From Chiloscyllium plagiosum (Eukaryota), in the NCBI RefSeq assembly GCF_004010195.1, contig NC_057718.1, forward strand, positions 10,910,325 through 10,974,324: a stretch of DNA of 64,000 nt, given 5' to 3'. The position numbers and the translations under genes are program-made. This document shows positions 62,372 through 64,000 of the stretch, piece by piece; position 1 is the stretch's first letter; every line of letters begins with the position of its first letter. A model generated the notes under the pieces. That model saw only the letters and a list, made by a program, of their open reading frames with translations. It was not told the origin of the DNA and did no database searches.

Positions 62372-64000
62372 CTCACTAGTGTCTTGCAGAGCTGAAGCAT
62401 GATCTTGTGGCTCTGAAAATCAATTCCCCTTCCAATAAACGCCAACACACCATATGCCTTCTTAACACCCCTATCAATCTGGATGGCAATTTTCAGGGAT
62501 TTATGCACCTGGACACCGAGATCTCTGTTTATCTACACTGTCAAGGATTTACCATTAGCTCAGTACACTGCATTCCTGTTATTTCTTCCAAAGTAAACTA
62601 TCTCACACTTTTCCACATTAGACTCCATTTGCCACTTTTCTGCTCAGCTCTGCATCTTATCTATGTCCTTCTGTAACCCACAACATCCTTCAGCACTATC
62701 CACAAATCTGCCTAAGTGTCATTCGCACATTTACTAACCCATCCTTCTAAGCCCACATCCAGGTCATTTATGAAAATGACAAACAGCAGTGGCCCCAAAA
62801 CAGATCAGTGTGTGGCACACCACTGGTAACGGAGCTCCTGGATGAACATTTCCCATCAACGACCATCCTCTGTCTTCTTTCAGCTAGCCAATTTCTGATC
62901 CAAACCACTAAATCACCTTCAATCACGAAACTCCATATTTTGTGCAATAACCTACCGGGTGGAAACTTATCAAATGCCTTACTGAAGTCCATATACAACC
63001 ACTTTACCTTCATCCACCTGTTTTGTCCTTTCTCGAATTCAATAAAGGTTAGAAAGACACGATCTACCCTTCTAAAAACTGTGTTGACTATCCCTAATCA
63101 AATTATTCTTTACCAAATGCTTATAAATCCTAACTCTTATAATCTTTTCCAACACCTTACCCACAACCGAAGTAAGGCTCACTGGCCAATAATTACCAGG
63201 GCTGTCCCAACTCCCCGTCTTAAACAAGGGAACAACATTTGCTATCCTCCAGTCTTCCAGCACTACTCCGGTCAACAATGATGACAAAAAAGATCGAAGC
63301 CAAAGGCTCTGCAATCTCCTCCCTGGCTTCCCAGAGAATCTGAGTATAAATCCCATCCGGCCCAGAGATCTTATCTATTTTCAGATCTTCCAAAATTGCT
63401 AAAACCTCCTCTTTGTCAACCTCAATCCCATCTAATCTTGTAAGCTGTCTCTCCATATCCTCACTAACATTGCCCATTTCCAATGTGAATACTGATGAAC
63501 AATATTCATTATGTCCTCAGATTCCACACAGAACTTTCCATTACTATCTTTGATTGGCCCTAATCTTACTCTAGTCAGTCATTCTTTTATTCCTGATATA
63601 CTTATTGAAGGCCTTAAAGGTTTTTCTTCACCCTATCCACCAACAACTTCTCATGTCCCCTCCTAGCTCTTCTTAGCCCTCTCTTTAGATCTTTTCTGGC
63701 TAACTTATAACACAAGCCACCTAACTGAAACTGGACACCCCTCACCCTCACATAAGTCGTCTTCTTCCCCTTGACAAGACTTAGCAGATTATTCTGTCCT
63801 AATAGACAGGTAGGTATTTAAAATCCCCTATATCTATAGCTTTGTCATGCCTGCTCATTTTTGTAGTACAACTACAAAGCTTTATTTGATGATGAAAAGA
63901 AACATGCTGCCAATGCATTTTGTCTTGCATTCAATCAGGGACAAATGCAAGAATGCCAAATAATGACATTTTATACTGCAAATCAAACTCTGATTAGTTG

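Larger units (their letters stand above)
60730..63780 (-). mobile_element. CR1/HER1-like LINE ORF2 remnant carrying two younger inserts
   Basis: DKISGPDGIYTQILWEAREEIAEPL, DWRIANVVPLFK..PGNYWPVSLTSVVGKVLE, YMDFSKAFDKFP, RRRLRCNLIETYKVI. Confidence 0.92.

Noticed and set aside
46250..63780. Many 60-190 aa ORFs with RT-like or antisense translations
   Set aside because: Frameshifted CR1, Rex1 and Penelope remnants; no intact autonomous element
1..64000. CRISPR arrays, rRNA, operons or other prokaryotic/viral systems
   Set aside because: No regularly spaced repeats or gene-dense segments; the window is spliced vertebrate genes plus retroelements

Overview
Vertebrate genomic DNA, almost certainly from a shark: it carries HE1-type V-SINEs, HER1/CR1 LINEs and abundant Penelope-like repeats; a carpet/bamboo shark is my guess. 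Two genes lie tail-to-tail. On +, the last 10 coding exons of the kinesin-3 gene KIF13B (568-23309) splice into one open 800-codon frame ending in the CAP-Gly domain, with a probable ~7 kb 3' UTR to ~30.5 kb. On -, eight coding exons of HMBOX1 (50657 down to 36907; 1251 nt, 416 aa) have a ~5 kb 3' UTR ending near 31.85 kb. The introns are dense with nested retroelements. The most notable items are: (i) at least three families of Penelope-like termini carrying minimal type-I hammerhead ribozyme motifs, several arranged as short fold-back inserts with 8-14 bp flanking duplications, one enclosing a CR1 RT fragment; (ii) a candidate 9-nt neural-type microexon in KIF13B; (iii) candidate alternative C-terminal exons and a diverged POU-like domain in HMBOX1; (iv) solo LTRs and a ~220 bp duplication in the KIF13B 3' UTR. 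All calls were made by eye. Homology statements rest on recalled human protein sequences and repeat motifs, not database searches, and repeat boundaries are approximate.
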